Shown: piece after piece, positions 12,410 through 25,600 of the stretch | Numbering within the stretch: the stretch's first letter is position 1 | Layout of the letters: each line of letters begins with the position of its first letter | NCBI GenBank assembly: GCA_032718475.1 | Contig: JAUCBJ010007585.1 | Span: 1 to 64,000, forward strand | Source of the DNA: Nemertoderma westbladi | Taxonomy: Eukaryota; Animalia; Xenacoelomorpha | Direction: 5' to 3' | DNA length: 64,000 bases | Translations under genes and position numbers: made by a program | The notes under the pieces: generated by a model | Seen by the model: only the letters and a program-made list of their open reading frames with translations | Database searches by the model: none | What the model was told of the DNA's origin: nothing

Positions 12410-13046
12410 GTTTCCCCATTAAAATACATTCGTGACGACCAATGCGAAGGACTACCTCCAATATGGGACATCTTCTATGGGATGTCGGTCATTGTTAATC
12501 AAAACGTCACCGTAGAGTTCGGCATGGCTAACGGGACCATGGCATATGTAAGTAAGAGGTGTACAATTCCCCAATGGAACAACTTTTCAGGAGGAGCCGT
12601 TCGCACCAGGGCGCAGCACTATGGTGAAACGTGCTTCACAGTTTCCCGATTTCATCATTCTGGAACCCATGTTTATGCCATGTCCAGTAAACTTTCCTGG
12701 AATTCCGAATGGTTACTTTCCACTCGCCCCGAATAAATCGAAAGTCACGGCATCAGTTGGGTGTAGTTAGAGTTTGAAGCAAGTTCCAATTTCACCCGCT
12801 TATCCTCTGACCATTTACAAGACCCAGGGTGTCACTTTTCAAAAAATAATTATTGGCGATTGAGGACAGACTGGTTGGAGTTCATTTAAGGGACAAGGTT
12901 GTTAAGTTGCTTTATCCCGGGTCCCTCCTACAAAGCAGGGATTGTATTTAATGTTCCCACTCACAGAAGAATTTTCAGTAAAATTTAAACCCAATAATGA
13001 CCAGATAAGTGAATTCCAACATATTACTGATTTAGCGGTGAAATAG
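12410..13046 (+). pseudogene. PIF1-like helicase C-terminal fragment (Helitron/Helentron-type), decayed
   Basis: GMSVIVNQNVTVEFGMANGT, then in another frame QVPISPAYPLTIYKTQGVTFQKIII and VALSRV (PIF1 motifs V and VI). Confidence 0.8.
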
Positions 13047-13926
13047 TAATTACGACTGTAATATTATATTATAACTTTACTGGCACAATAATTAGTAGTA
13101 TTCACTTCAAAGTCTAAGAGTTCAATTTCTATTAATTAATAATTGTAAAGTGCTATATTATGTTTTCATAATCTTGTGCATTTTCTTTTAACAATTCTGT
13201 TATTGTAATAAATAATATATTTATTTGCAGTAGTATTATTATGTATATGAGATATATAGACTAGAAATTATACTTCCTTACAATATACTTCTATTAATTT
13301 ATAATTTATCAATTAATTGACTCATTTGATTGTGAATATACTCATTTGAACTTTTCCGAAATAGGTTATGTGTAGAGAGGACAATGTAATGAAATTTGAT
13401 GTAAATTAAAAGTGGTTTAGAGTGTGAAAAATATTCAGCGGTAAATCTTAATGGCCTGTAAAAAAATTAGTTTCGGTTTGGTTTAACTTCGGTTCCTTCA
13501 TGGCATTTTGAAGCTCTTTAATTAAAACATTAGTAACTTGTAAAAACTACAAATTACAACCAAAATACACGTTGACAACAATACTCATTGCAGTATTCTT
13601 GGACAACCAAAGATCCAAACACAGCCATATTATTTCATTAGATTTATATATTTTTAATTAGCTGCCTGTTCCTTGTCAGCCAACGAGACGCCACCTTCAA
13701 TATTTCATCCGCCCCAACCTCAGTGGAAGCAAGTTGGTCTGCCTCTATGATCGCCGGTGAGAATTTGTAAGCCTCGAATCCTGCACTTTCTGTTGTCAAT
13801 TAGTGTAACGCCACCATTATTGCAACGCCACCCATTTAAATGCAACAAAACTAATCATGTGTTTTATTAGGCCTACGGTATATTAACATATACATAATGT
13901 AAGTATAATGGAGTACAGTATGTGAT

Positions 13927-14165
13927 CCCAGGGATATCCCCAGGATGTCCAATGCAATTCAATATAAACTTTGTGGATATCCCGGGATGTCCCAGGGATT
14001 GGATATCGCGGGGATTTCCGATGTAGTTCAATATAAAATTTGGGGATTTCCCTGGGATGTCCCAGGGATATCCCCGGGATGTCCAATGTAATTTAATATA
14101 AAATTTGGGGATATCCCTGGGATATCCCCAAGATGTCCCCGACATGGATATGCTACATCCCTGGG
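13927..14165. repeat. Short element with CCCAGGGAT...ATCCCTGGG inverted ends and internal ~65-70-bp repeats rich in GGGATATCCC palindromes
   Basis: Multiple GGGATATCCC/GGGATGTCCC/GGGATTTCCC; TT(C/T)AATATAAA recurs at ~13958, 14027 and 14092. Confidence 0.75.
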
Positions 14166-15631
14166 CTAGTGTTTGTTGAAGAGGAGCTCCTAGACTCAGT
14201 CGCACTCAACGTCCTGACTATTCTGAACACTAAACATCAGCGCCTCTACATACAGATTTATATAGACTCTCCAGCTCATTATAGACAGAAACGAAAAGCC
14301 CCAATCAGGAAAATTGACAATTATGTTCTTGGGGAAGTACTTACTTGGGAAGATTTCGAAGATTGCCTAGATAAAGGTGCTAACAAAGTTTGTATGAATT
14401 TCACAATCCATATCCAATGCAGCTCTGTCTAAGAAGGAATGGAGCTCTATCCCATGGTTCGATAATATATGTTTTATTGCTAGAAGGCACACCCGAGCCT
14501 TCGAGGAATTCCCTCCCAGTAGTATGTATTAGTTCACAAAGATAATTGGTTTGGCTTGCATAATCCTAATATATCAGCAATATTCTTTACAAATAGCTCC
14601 ATGGTTGATGCTTTACCATTATGTAGGTTGTTAGTGGTCTTTCAGTTCAAATAACGCACCCCAATCCCAATAATCTGATAATGTAGGTAAAGCAAAAGCC
14701 GTGCATACCCATACAGTTCATACAATGTATAGCCAGCCCATAAAGCCATACTGCTGATCTAATACAATCACGCCTCCTGCCTACATGGAGTGCGCCCGTG
14801 GGAAGGTTTACAGCGATTTTAACTTGGGGATGGTATGGAGATGGAAGTTCTGGTTAATGAATGTGGATTCCACTCTTGGTATTAGCGAATGATGACGGCC
14901 TTTGTATGTTTTATTGTAACTATCAATAGTAAATCTAAAAAAAATTATTTTTATCTTAGGCCTACTCATTCTATTTTCTTTCTCGAAAAATCTATATGGT
15001 GCACTGCACCACACGCCCCTATAATGGCTGGTCAAGAGTAGAGTGCTCTCATCTCCAATTTGAGTGCCCTCCACTGCGACCTTCACCTTGCAGAATATAA
15101 TGGGTACAGGGCATGGCCCAGCAGATGAGCTGAATAACCAATGGTGGGTCATGTGTTTCAGAGCAGGTATGGGTGATGGATTGTAATTAAGATCATTAGA
15201 TTTAATTTTGGATTTTGAAGACTATAATTATCATCCATCATGACATATTTGGGCGAAAAGTAACAATATAAGAATAATAATTTTATGTAATACCGATATA
15301 ATTTTCATATTGATTTAATGACAGAAATAAATAACGAAAACAAATAATTAAAAATCTGAGAAATATTTAAATTAAAACGATTGAGTGAAATATAAAGTGA
15401 AATTATTTTAACCATATTAATAACAATATGAAATGAGTGTATGAGTATTGTATACTGTTACCAAGAGGCACAGGAGATGTCCTCAATTGTTTCCCTTGGT
15501 GGCCAGAAGGCTTTCCACTTGAGAATGCCACCTCGTTTTCTGCTTCACATGCATTTATCAGGAACTGGATTTTGGAACCCATCAGGAACTCAATTCTTGT
15601 ATTATTATATTTTAATATAATCATTTAAGGT

Positions 15632-17902
15632 TTAAGAATTTATATCTCCTCTTGATTCACCCAAATTGAGAGTCATTCTTGATGTTGTCGTGGATTTTCG
15701 TCCTGGTAGAGTCAGTGATAAACCACCGATAGATGTTGACATGCGTAGTCTGAGACTCATTGACCGCTGTACAAGAGCTACATTCCAAAACCTTTTCCCA
15801 TCGCCACTGAGAACACAATTCCCAATAAATATCCAAACGCCTTGGAAACTGTTTAAAAAAATAAATATATAAGCGACGATTGGCATTGAAGATGGATCTG
15901 GTATAAACCGAATCACCCATGGTATACCCAACATGAAAAGTACCAGAGCTGAACTACGAATTTGCCACAACATATTTTTCATATTAGATAATCCCTTAGC
16001 TTGCATTCTTCTGGTATTTGCTACACGATGCAATTGTCTTACGATTAAAATAAATATTACAGAATTACCAATAATAACCAAAGCTATTGGAATGATAACA
16101 CAAATATAGTATTCATACGTCTCTCTCTTTATCCAACATAAATTGATATCATTTACAACGTTGATGTAGTTATTCTTGTCTATAAGAACAACTATTGAAC
16201 ACATTAGCAATGGTAATCCCCATGCAATACTCATGCATTTCGCTATATAGTACTTAATCTGTACTGGAATAATTTTTATGAAAGATAAGTACATATGATA
16301 GCCTTCAATAGCCATCCAAAGCCACGCCACCAACAGGAAGTAATGGCTTAGAAACCCAAGGATTTGACACCAAATTAGATTGTCTTTTACACCAATTTCA
16401 TTGACCATAAAACAGATGCTGAACAAGAGAAGACTTATGGAAAAGTTGATGTGAATTTTTCCAAGATTATCCTCTTTTTTAAAGAATATAAGAGTAGATA
16501 TATAAATAATCAGCCCAATAGAAGATAGACCAACTCCAACTATGGATAAGATGCGCATAGCGAGGTAATGCTTAGTTGCATTTGTTGCTGTGCCGTATAT
16601 ATCCATTAGTATTGCAAAATTTGTCATATGATCACAAACACATGTTGTTGAGTTAATTCCTGTCACATTGAGGTAGCACCCATTCGTTTTCCACATTCTA
16701 TCAGTTTCATTCCAGTATACGCACCTAGGGTTTGTATAGGACTTATTAATGTGTAGAAATATATAACTGAGTTTCCAATCGTCTGGAATATCTGCTTGGT
16801 CAACATCCGTTTTTAATGATATAACATGTGAGTTAATGGCGCTTTTTGAATGAATCCGATCAATAGTTTTATCAAGAAAAAAAGTTGAGTGAAAATATAT
16901 CGCTTTACCCTTTGTAACCATTGTTGTGTCATTTCGGGAATTAACTTTCGAATTTCTTTTTACCTGCATTTTGACTGGAATTACATATTCGTCATCTTCT
17001 ATGTAAAAGTTGTTAATGATGTCTGTGAGAGGTAATCTAGTTGTTTGCATGACAATGCTATCTGTAATTATCACTCTTTCCCCCTCGGAATCCCCCTCAG
17101 TACTAATGGATAATTGCTCCACAATCTGTGTAAAGTTTTGTGCGAAGTCGTAAATTTCAGTTTTATTAAAATTCCTGGATACAAAGTTGCTACAAACATA
17201 TAACAAATTTTCAGCTACATTGTATGATGTGTTCCTCTTGTGTAGATTTCTCATTATCTTTTCAACTGTAATTGCTGTGTACCTTATGTCAGTTTTATTG
17301 AATTTGCCATTCATTGACTTTGTGATATCTTGCAGTTGCGATGCAGTTTCCTTGTAATTATTTTCATCGACACATGACTCTGAAATGTTTTTTAATAATT
17401 CTGAGGGAGTACTCAATTTTCTACAAGATTTTCTGTAATCAGCTGACTCCCAAATCGCATCCTCCCCACATTTCCGCGACACCTTCTTTCCTTCTGGTAT
17501 GGTACATTGATTTGTACCAGATTGCCCTGCAGGCACAGAAATCCATATATATATTCCATAAGGAGTTACTTCCCTTTCTTCTTTGCAACAGGAGATCTCG
17601 CAATGTTGTGTCTCTTTATCAAATACTTTACCTTCTTCGCACAATCTTACATTGATTTTGCACCGCAACATTATTTCAATGGGGGGCCATGGGGGGTCAA
17701 TGGGGGGTATACACGATAAATATTGACGACTACATGCAGTTGCATTATCCATTCTTTTTGGAAACCCATCACATGTCATACATACTTTATCCACCAACTG
17801 TGATCTCTCACTTTCATTGCTATTATCATCACAATGGCCATACAATGCAATACAGTGCACTGCGGGTATGAAATACATCAAAATAATATTCTGCAACTTC
17901 AT
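15632..17902 (-). CDS. Adhesion GPCR (ADGRG-like 7TM), intronless, 756 aa
   Basis: Signal peptide; Cys-rich N-domain; HRM (C..W..VPAG..C..RKC..W..SC); GAIN; GPS CVYWNE..W.TNGC..CVCDHM|TNFAILM; seven TM segments with HINFSISL, HYFLL..WLWMAIEG, CWI, FNSFQG-like motifs. Confidence 0.95.
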   Translation of the reverse strand: MKLQNIILMYFIPAVHCIALYGHCDDNSNESERSQLVDKVCMTCDGFPKRMDNATACSRQYLSCIPPIDPPWPPIEIMLRCKINVRLCEEGKVFDKETQHCEISCCKEEREVTPYGIYIWISVPAGQSGTNQCTIPEGKKVSRKCGEDAIWESADYRKSCRKLSTPSELLKNISESCVDENNYKETASQLQDITKSMNGKFNKTDIRYTAITVEKIMRNLHKRNTSYNVAENLLYVCSNFVSRNFNKTEIYDFAQNFTQIVEQLSISTEGDSEGERVIITDSIVMQTTRLPLTDIINNFYIEDDEYVIPVKMQVKRNSKVNSRNDTTMVTKGKAIYFHSTFFLDKTIDRIHSKSAINSHVISLKTDVDQADIPDDWKLSYIFLHINKSYTNPRCVYWNETDRMWKTNGCYLNVTGINSTTCVCDHMTNFAILMDIYGTATNATKHYLAMRILSIVGVGLSSIGLIIYISTLIFFKKEDNLGKIHINFSISLLLFSICFMVNEIGVKDNLIWCQILGFLSHYFLLVAWLWMAIEGYHMYLSFIKIIPVQIKYYIAKCMSIAWGLPLLMCSIVVLIDKNNYINVVNDINLCWIKRETYEYYICVIIPIALVIIGNSVIFILIVRQLHRVANTRRMQAKGLSNMKNMLWQIRSSALVLFMLGIPWVIRFIPDPSSMPIVAYIFIFLNSFQGVWIFIGNCVLSGDGKRFWNVALVQRSMSLRLRMSTSIGGLSLTLPGRKSTTTSRMTLNLGESRGDINS

Positions 17903-18084
17903 TGTGACGAGTCATTTAACAGTAAGAATAGTTATTTCAAGGGAATGAACTAAAACCTACAGGTTTAAATTACAATTTCATATCGACATTATTCAGTTAT
18001 GTTAATTTTAGGCATGTTATGAATATTTCTAAACTTACAAAAATATAATAATACTACTATTAGGTCGAGGGAGCTCAGACAGTG

Positions 18085-18373
18085 GGAATGAGATCCATCG
18101 ACTTCTCGATTCTCCATAGTTGTCGAAATTTGGTTTCTCTCAATTCCAGTATCCCTTTCAAGTTGGTTTTTATATGTCATAGCTCGTCCACGGCTAAGCT
18201 TTCTTTGTGTTGGTTGCCAGAAAAGTAGATCTGGTATGACCTCATGTTTACTTCTCCAGCAGTGCTCACTGAATTTTAATCTACGTTCATGGAGGGTGGT
18301 TGATACAGGCGGTATTGTACCATAAAGCTCGGGGTTTGTCATGTGCTGTCTCCAGCTTATGTTTAGGGCTGCC
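18085..18373 (-). mobile_element. RTE-clade LINE 3' fragment
   Basis: HMTNPELYGTIPPVS..L.ERRLKF..HCWR....I.DLLFWQP....RGR..TY..QL..DTG, typical of the RTE ORF C-terminus. Confidence 0.8.
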
Positions 18374-18374
18374 C

Positions 18375-18950
18375 TTAGTAGTCCTGTGTAGCGACCATCA
18401 ATTCGTTGTTTCTTGGTGGTGGGTGTATCTCAATCAGGATTTCTTTTACCGATTTTCCATCAATCCTATCAGTTAACTTTAGAAGGGGAGATCCAGCATT
18501 ATCCTCCAGTTGATCTACTGCAGCGGAAACCTGACCACGACACATTTTATTCACAAAATATCTAGCATTCAAAGCCTTGCCTTCATTTAGTAGATCACCA
18601 AACCTCCCAACATTCGACAAATCGAACTTTCGGTTCAGCGTCTGACTTAAACTTGGAGATAATGAGCTTGGTTTAACAGCTGCCTGAAGAAGCAAAGCGT
18701 GGGCGGTCATAAAAGCCAACATTCCAATCGACTCCATACTTGATCGACTCCGTACTACCTCGAGAAACAGAATGATTGTGGTTCGAATCCTGGTATCTTT
18801 GCAGAAAGATACCTCTGGTGTCTTCGGGCATAGAAGTCCTGGGAGACAACAATTTGTCCTCGTCCAGATGAACCAAAGATTGTATTGTTGATCCCAGTTC
18901 TTTCTAGATTTCCAAATGGATTCATATCTGAATTGCTTTCACCAGGTCCC
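18375..18950 (-). mobile_element. CRE-like non-LTR retrotransposon fragment (pre-RT region), decayed
   Basis: ESIGMLAFM..ALLLQ...GRFGDLLNEG...F.N.M..GQVSAA..L...L.L..GKSV.EIL..HPP resembles the region upstream of RT in CRE-clade elements. Confidence 0.55.
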
Positions 18951-19199
18951 ACAATGCTATTATTATTTCAAATGGAATCGGAGACGATCTCATCTTCCGA
19001 AGTAAGGATAGGCCTACCCACACCAGCATGAACTACACTACTCATGTTATTGAATTCAAAGGCCACAGCATTAATATCCAAGCAACTAATTCTATCTGGC
19101 TGGTTGGGATCTCAATCCTACCACCGACCAAGGAACATCTACAGCACTTGACTGATTGGCCCTGACTCTCTGATACTGGGTGGTAGTGTGGACTAGGGT

Positions 19200-20326
19200 T
19201 TCTGACTCAGCGAGGAAAGGGGACCAGGCTCATTGTGAACAGGGGGACCCAATTCGGTGAGGACTAAGGGATCCGATTCAGTGTGGGCAAGCGGACCCGA
19301 CTCATTGTGACCAGGGGGACCCAATTCAGTGAGGACTAAGGGATCCGATTCAGTGTCATCTAGGAGACCCGACACAGAGGCTACAAGAACAAGGGGACCC
19401 GAGTCAATATGAGCCAGGGATCCCGACTCAATGGCAACAAGTCAACGCTCTAAGTCAACAGAGAGACGTGTCTAGTGTGCACAAGGGGACCCAAAGCAGT
19501 GTCAGCTAGGGGACCTGACTCAGTGTCGGCTAGGGGACACAACTCAGTGAGGAGAAGGGGACCCGACCCAGTGTGGACAAGGGAATCCGACTCAGTGTGG
19601 ACAAGGTGACCTGACTCAGTGTGGACAAGGGTATCCGACTCAGTGTGGACAAGGGGATCCGACTCAGTAACAACATGGGGACCCGACTCAGTGTGGACAA
19701 GGGGATCTGACTCAGTGTGGACAAGGCGACCTGACTCCTCGTGAGAAGGGGGACCAAACACAGCGTAGACAAGGGGACCTGACTCCTCGTGGACAAGGGG
19801 ATCAGACTCTGTGTGGACAAGGCAATCCGACTTAGTATTGGTTAGGGGGCTCGACTCAGTGTGGCCAAGTTGTCCTGACTCAGTGTGGACAAGGTGACCT
19901 GACTCAGTGTGGACAAGGGGATCCGACTCAGTGTGGACAAGGTGATCCGACTCAGCGTGGACAAGGCGACCCGATTCCTCGTGGACAAGGGGACCCAAAC
20001 TAGGTGTGAACAAGGGGACCCGACTCCTCATGGACTGGGGGACACGACTCAGTGTCATCTAGGAGACCCGGTACAGTGGATACAAGAACAAGTGGATCCA
20101 AGTCAATATGAGCCAGGGGTCCCGACTCAGTGGCAACAAGTAAACGCTCAAAGTCAACAGAGGGACGTATCTAGTGTGGCCAAGGGAACCCAAATCATTG
20201 TCGGCTAGGGGATCCGACTCAGTGTAGACAAGAGGATCCGACTCAGTGTGGACAAGGTGACCCGACTCATCATGGACAAGAGGACCTGACTCGCTGTGGA
20301 CAAGGGGACCCGACTCGGTGTGGACA
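19200..20326. repeat. 24-bp minisatellite array with a higher-order ~700-bp duplication
   Basis: Unit ~GTGGACAAGGGGATCCGACTCAGT (ESDPLVHT on the minus strand). A non-repeat spacer at ~19351-19480 recurs at ~20050-20178. Confidence 0.93.
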
Positions 20327-21241
20327 TAAGTTCTCTAGCTTCAGACGACTGTTCAACTGTCCACGTCTTTGTCAAGTTACACTCAAAATAATTTATATAC
20401 ATCAATAATAATGTATATTATCATTATGTTCTCTAAGAGAACAGCAGATGAGCGGCAAATAATTATTGAACTTTCAATAAGTTTACTATATTATTAGAAG
20501 TTTGTTAGGACTTTTTACTGTAAAAGTATTCACTACCTATCTATGTATGTATGTATATCGGGTGAACTCCTCCAAAGCTATAAGATCTTCCGTCAAGGAA
20601 ATTATATCAATCGACGTAGCCGACGTAACCCCAGGATGTGCAAAAAAAGTATCGAAAATTTCGAAAAATAGCCCCATAACACGAAAATTGCAATAGACTC
20701 AATGATAGAAACACCAGCTGCTGGTGCTCATTAGGGCCTAGTACGCTACTACTATTGCTTGAATGGATTATGGATAGGCCCAAACTGCAGAAAAGTATAT
20801 TACTTGCCAAGTTGATTACTCTCTCACTCATCTCATACATGTAATCAAGTATCAACTGTTAGTTTTTTAATTGTAATGTATTATCCCGCCAGCTGAATAG
20901 GTCTTCGCAGTGTGCCAACTAATAGTACTGTATATTATTGTAGTATACTAGGCCTACACAAGTTTGTATTGTATTATCCCGCCAGTTGAAAATGGGGTCA
21001 GGAAAGAAGCTAAGAGCTTCTTAATTAATTAACATTTTACACTTTATATTTTCTAACGAGTCTGAACACAATGCAAATTACACAAAGTATCACCCTACCA
21101 GGTTGCTTCAGTTTTAATTAAAAACCTAATTAATCTAAGCGTTTTACTAAATGTAATTTCGAAAATTCATTTTTTAATCATTTTTTATTACCTTTATCTT
21201 ATTATTTTAAATTTACATTTAGTACATACGTTTATTATTAA

Positions 21242-22691
21242 CCCTATTAGTACCGGGCTATAAAATGTTGTACAAATACCTAGAATCTACAAATTTTTAC
21301 AGAAACGAAATTTCGAAAAAATGTACTGGGGTGGTTATATTGCAGCACAAAAATTACAAGTAGTGCACAATTTGAACTAAATTTGAAAGTTACATTTTAG
21401 GCTAATTGTTTTTCAATACAGGTTTTCTTGGGCGCAACATACATTGGAAAATATTTAAAAATGATATGATTACTATAAATGGCTGTTTAGTCCTCTCTAC
21501 GTAGGAAAAAAATGAAAAAAACAAGTAACCAGCACTTTTCAGTTAGAACACAAAATTTTTAATTATACGATACTATAAATTCACAATTTCAGGTTTTTTA
21601 GGGCGCTGATTCTAATGGAATACATTTCTAATATGCCAGATCATTGCTACTTGTATTTCTCGGCGTAATTTGGAAGATTTTGGTGCTAGCACCAAATTTC
21701 GTACCCATCACCAAAAAGTACAAGTTTGCGATGTTCAGTGCTGTTTTTATTGATTACATCGGATTCAGGACCCTCTTAAACCCGTATAACGCAAGAATCA
21801 AGATGATACTATCTACTGATCAATTTGCTTATTTTAAAAAATTTGGTGCTGGCACAACAATTTTCACCCATCGGTAAAAAATACAAGTTTGAAAAGTCTT
21901 ATGCAATTTATACTTATTCCATTAAATTCAGAACCCTCACAAACCCGTATAACGCAAGAAATAAGGTGACACAATCAATTGATATATTTGATGGTTTTCA
22001 AACTTGCAACCACTTCCGAAAAATACAAGTTTGAGATGTCTAGTTCGATAATTATATATTTCATTGAATTTAGAACAGCCATAAACCTCTAAAACGTAAG
22101 AAATACATTGTCACAAGCAATTTTATCTATTGAATGGATTTTCAAAATTTCGTGCTAGCACCAAAATTTGCACACAGCACCGAAAAATACAGGTTTGAAA
22201 CGCTTGGTGTAACTCGTATATATTCCATCGAAACCAGAACCCCAAAAAACCCCAATTGCGTAAAAAACAAGTTTCAAACAATCAATTTACAAAATTGACA
22301 TATTTCAAAATTTGGTGCTGGCACCAAAATTTGGCACCCGCCGAAAAAAACAAGTTTGAAATTTCTAAATTAATTTATATGAATTTCATCCAATTGCTAA
22401 CACCAAAAAACCGGTGTAAATCAAAAATAGAGATGTTACAAATCATATTTAATGAAATGTAATTTTCAAAAAACGCCTCAAAAAAAGAGCCAAAAGTAGC
22501 GTTAAAAAATGGTGCTATAACTCGAAAACCACTCAATATTTTTGAAAACGGTTTTCACTACAAGGAAGACAATTGATTTTTAGGAAAAGTCCTAAAATGT
22601 CAGGTTTTCAACTGCGTTTGTTTCAGAATTATAACAAAAAAACCACGGGGGGGGGTCATATTGACCCCCCCCCCCCCCGGGTTTAATAGGG
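21242..22691. mobile_element. piggyBac-like non-autonomous element
   Basis: TTAA|CCCTATTAGTACCGGG ... CCGGGTTTAATAGGG|TTAA: TTAA TSD, CCCT termini, internal subrepeats, no ORF. Confidence 0.85.
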
Positions 22692-25600
22692 TTAAACCTG
22701 AAGCAGCCCTGTAGGGCGATAACGTTTGCTTGAATTTAATATAATTTACACTGCCGGGGTTTAGACCCTATATTTCGCCGTAACTTTGAACGTAAACAAA
22801 AAGGAGTCCAAACTAAAGGATGTAACGGTAACCAATATTTTATATATGAACATTAGGCATGCATATCAACTATTGAATAGGAGAATAGGACCCCGGTATT
22901 CTGTTTACGGTCACGGTGCAGTATGAATAATATACATAAACACTCGACAGACATAATATATAATAAAAACCTAGGTACTGTACCTGTAGGTAATACATAT
23001 CCACATTGAAACCGCAGTCTCTACTACAAGGCCCCGTATCTTGCAGGACCCTGGCTATGGCCCCCGCTATGAGCATGGCCTCTGTAAAAGACACGGCACA
23101 GTTATCTAGATTTCATTAAAACCACCTTGCTCCGAAGATTCAGAATCGGAAAACAGTTTTTAATTTACCAAAAATTGCATACATAATTATTATGATGTTG
23201 ATATACATTTTGCAGTTGTACTGTACATTGTACAGGGTCAAATTGAATGTGAGATAACTGCATGAATGAATATGCAGCCACAACCTGGGGACAAAGTGTG
23301 GGGGAAATGTAAAACGGATTAATATTAAATTATTACAAAATATATAAATATAATATAATATATAAATATTAAAAACGGGTGGTGTGTTTAATTGGCTATA
23401 TTAAATAAATTAATGGAAATTTGGATAGCAGCAAAAGGAATTCGTAAAACATCGGCTTAAAAATCAGGGTTAACCGCTGGCCTACACCCAAGCTTATGCC
23501 TACACACTTACACCTACTTCTAGGTAGGATAGTAAAGAAGCATGTTACAGAGGTGGGATGTTGAATGGAACCAAAACAATAAACGAGAGTTAGGAATATT
23601 GTAGAAAGCCCAATTTATTTGAGAATAAACAGCTTGGTAATCAACAATCAGATGTATAGGCCTACAGGGTAAACGGTTCACGTATGTGCAGTGCAGGGTA
23701 TGTTTACACCCTTCCTTAAGCAAAACTGGGATGTAATAATATAAAAAAAACGGTGGAGATACAGTAACACATATCCTCAATTAGATGTTGTTACACTTAG
23801 AAGAAGCTGCTAAGAAATTGTGGTCTTTTGTTGATAGTAATAAAGAGAGAGGAGCCTTCGGGTTGCCTTTAGTGGTTCGTTTTTCAGACGTTCAGCAATG
23901 ACATTACTTTAATATACATAAACAATATTGTTATGCTGCAGGTTGAACAATGATGGAGATACCAAATGTAAGAGAAATTGTCTTATGGAGGCGTCTCATT
24001 CCAATGAATCCAATGATACTGCTTAAAATGATGCCGGGAGAGTCAGCCTGTTATGACATTGTACTAGGACCTCCTGGCTTTAACAGAATGGATAGTTAAA
24101 GTCAATTGATAACTTTCATAAACAAATAAGCTTCTCAAATTCACTGGCCTTGTTGAGATCATCGATGTGGTGTCTATGTTTGTGGGTATACAGACATATA
24201 AATGGAGCGGCGATGCGATTAGGTCTCATAGTTTTGGCCAGTTTTACGCTAAACAATATGTTTCTGCTGAGACATAAAAGAGATTAAAATAATCTCCTCA
24301 CGCTACTATGCCCTACCTACATATTTCAAGTAAACAAAAAGGCTGAATATAATTAATTCACCATATAAAACTTTTGCTTTAGAAATTTATTGATATTGAT
24401 GGCAATTGATAGCAGAGGTCAAAGTAATATGTGAATAGTTATTTATGGATGTAAACAGGTTAATTACATATAATAAGGAATGCGATAGAGACATCAAACT
24501 CACAACAAGAAACAGCACTCATGTATGTGTGTACCTGTACAAAGTTCCATGATGTTAAAACCTTTTACAGGAAAGTAGGAACTTAAGTAAATAAACTATG
24601 GTGATATCTTAAATGAAATGTTATCATACCATGTGACAATATGTACTTTCACAATATATGGCCTATACAGATAACAGAAAAATCTAACCATTCAGTAGTA
24701 TTCGTTCAATAATAATAATTATATTAAACAACATTGGCCAACAATGGAATGTGTTTGTGTGACTGTATTCATTCCACAGAGATAACTAAGAAAGATTCCC
24801 AAAACATTCCAAATTTTCTTATTGGCTAAAACTTGATGCATTTCAGGCTTGGTGCAAAAGACATACTAACACTAATATCGCGAAAAAATATCATAATAAA
24901 CAAATATCGAAACTTACTGTCCATAAATCCCACTATGCACGCACACTATGTACACTAATCCAACTATGAGCATATTAATTGTGATAAGCATATATTTATA
25001 ACCGCGCTATAACAGTTACAGTTTTGCAGTTCTACCAATAATTACAATCGCGCAATCGAGGTAAACGCACTAATCATTATAGTGATAAAGTAAATTTTTG
25101 CGATATCAAATGAAACAGATAATTCAGATTCTGATCGACAAGTTGGACTTTCTTCTGTAGCGACTAGTAAGGTGTATTATTTAAAGACTAAGTAGGGATT
25201 TAAGAAAGTTTCGCTTTAGTGCCAGTGCTGGTTATCGTGGTCGGTCACGCCATCAAGCTGGCATTAAACGAACCTGTCTTACACAGACTCCAAACAACAA
25301 GATGGGATTGGAAGATGCAAACCAAGAATGATTTCCACTATGTATTTCTGTCTTGTCTTGTTCTAAGTTTATTTGCCAGTTGTATCTGTATAAATCTAGG
25401 GATTATGTATAGCAAACAAAAAAAGAATGACTTACATTAACGTTATATAATCGTCATTATATATTATATTATTCTGAAATATCCACTTAACGAAGACATC
25501 ACAGCCATAACAGCGTATTGAAGTAAAAATAAAAATACTCATAAATTCCACTAGAATAAAAACTAGAAAAAAGAGGAATGGTTAAACAGCGTTATGTTAT

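Noticed and set aside
14133-15152. Short ORFs suggesting host exons or a decayed gene
   Set aside because: No recognisable motifs or consistent splice structure in any frame.
22870-24150. Possible exon (22985-23090, minus) and a decayed coding stretch (23540-24120)
   Set aside because: Protein-like composition, but no family can be assigned and there are many stops; needs BLASTX.
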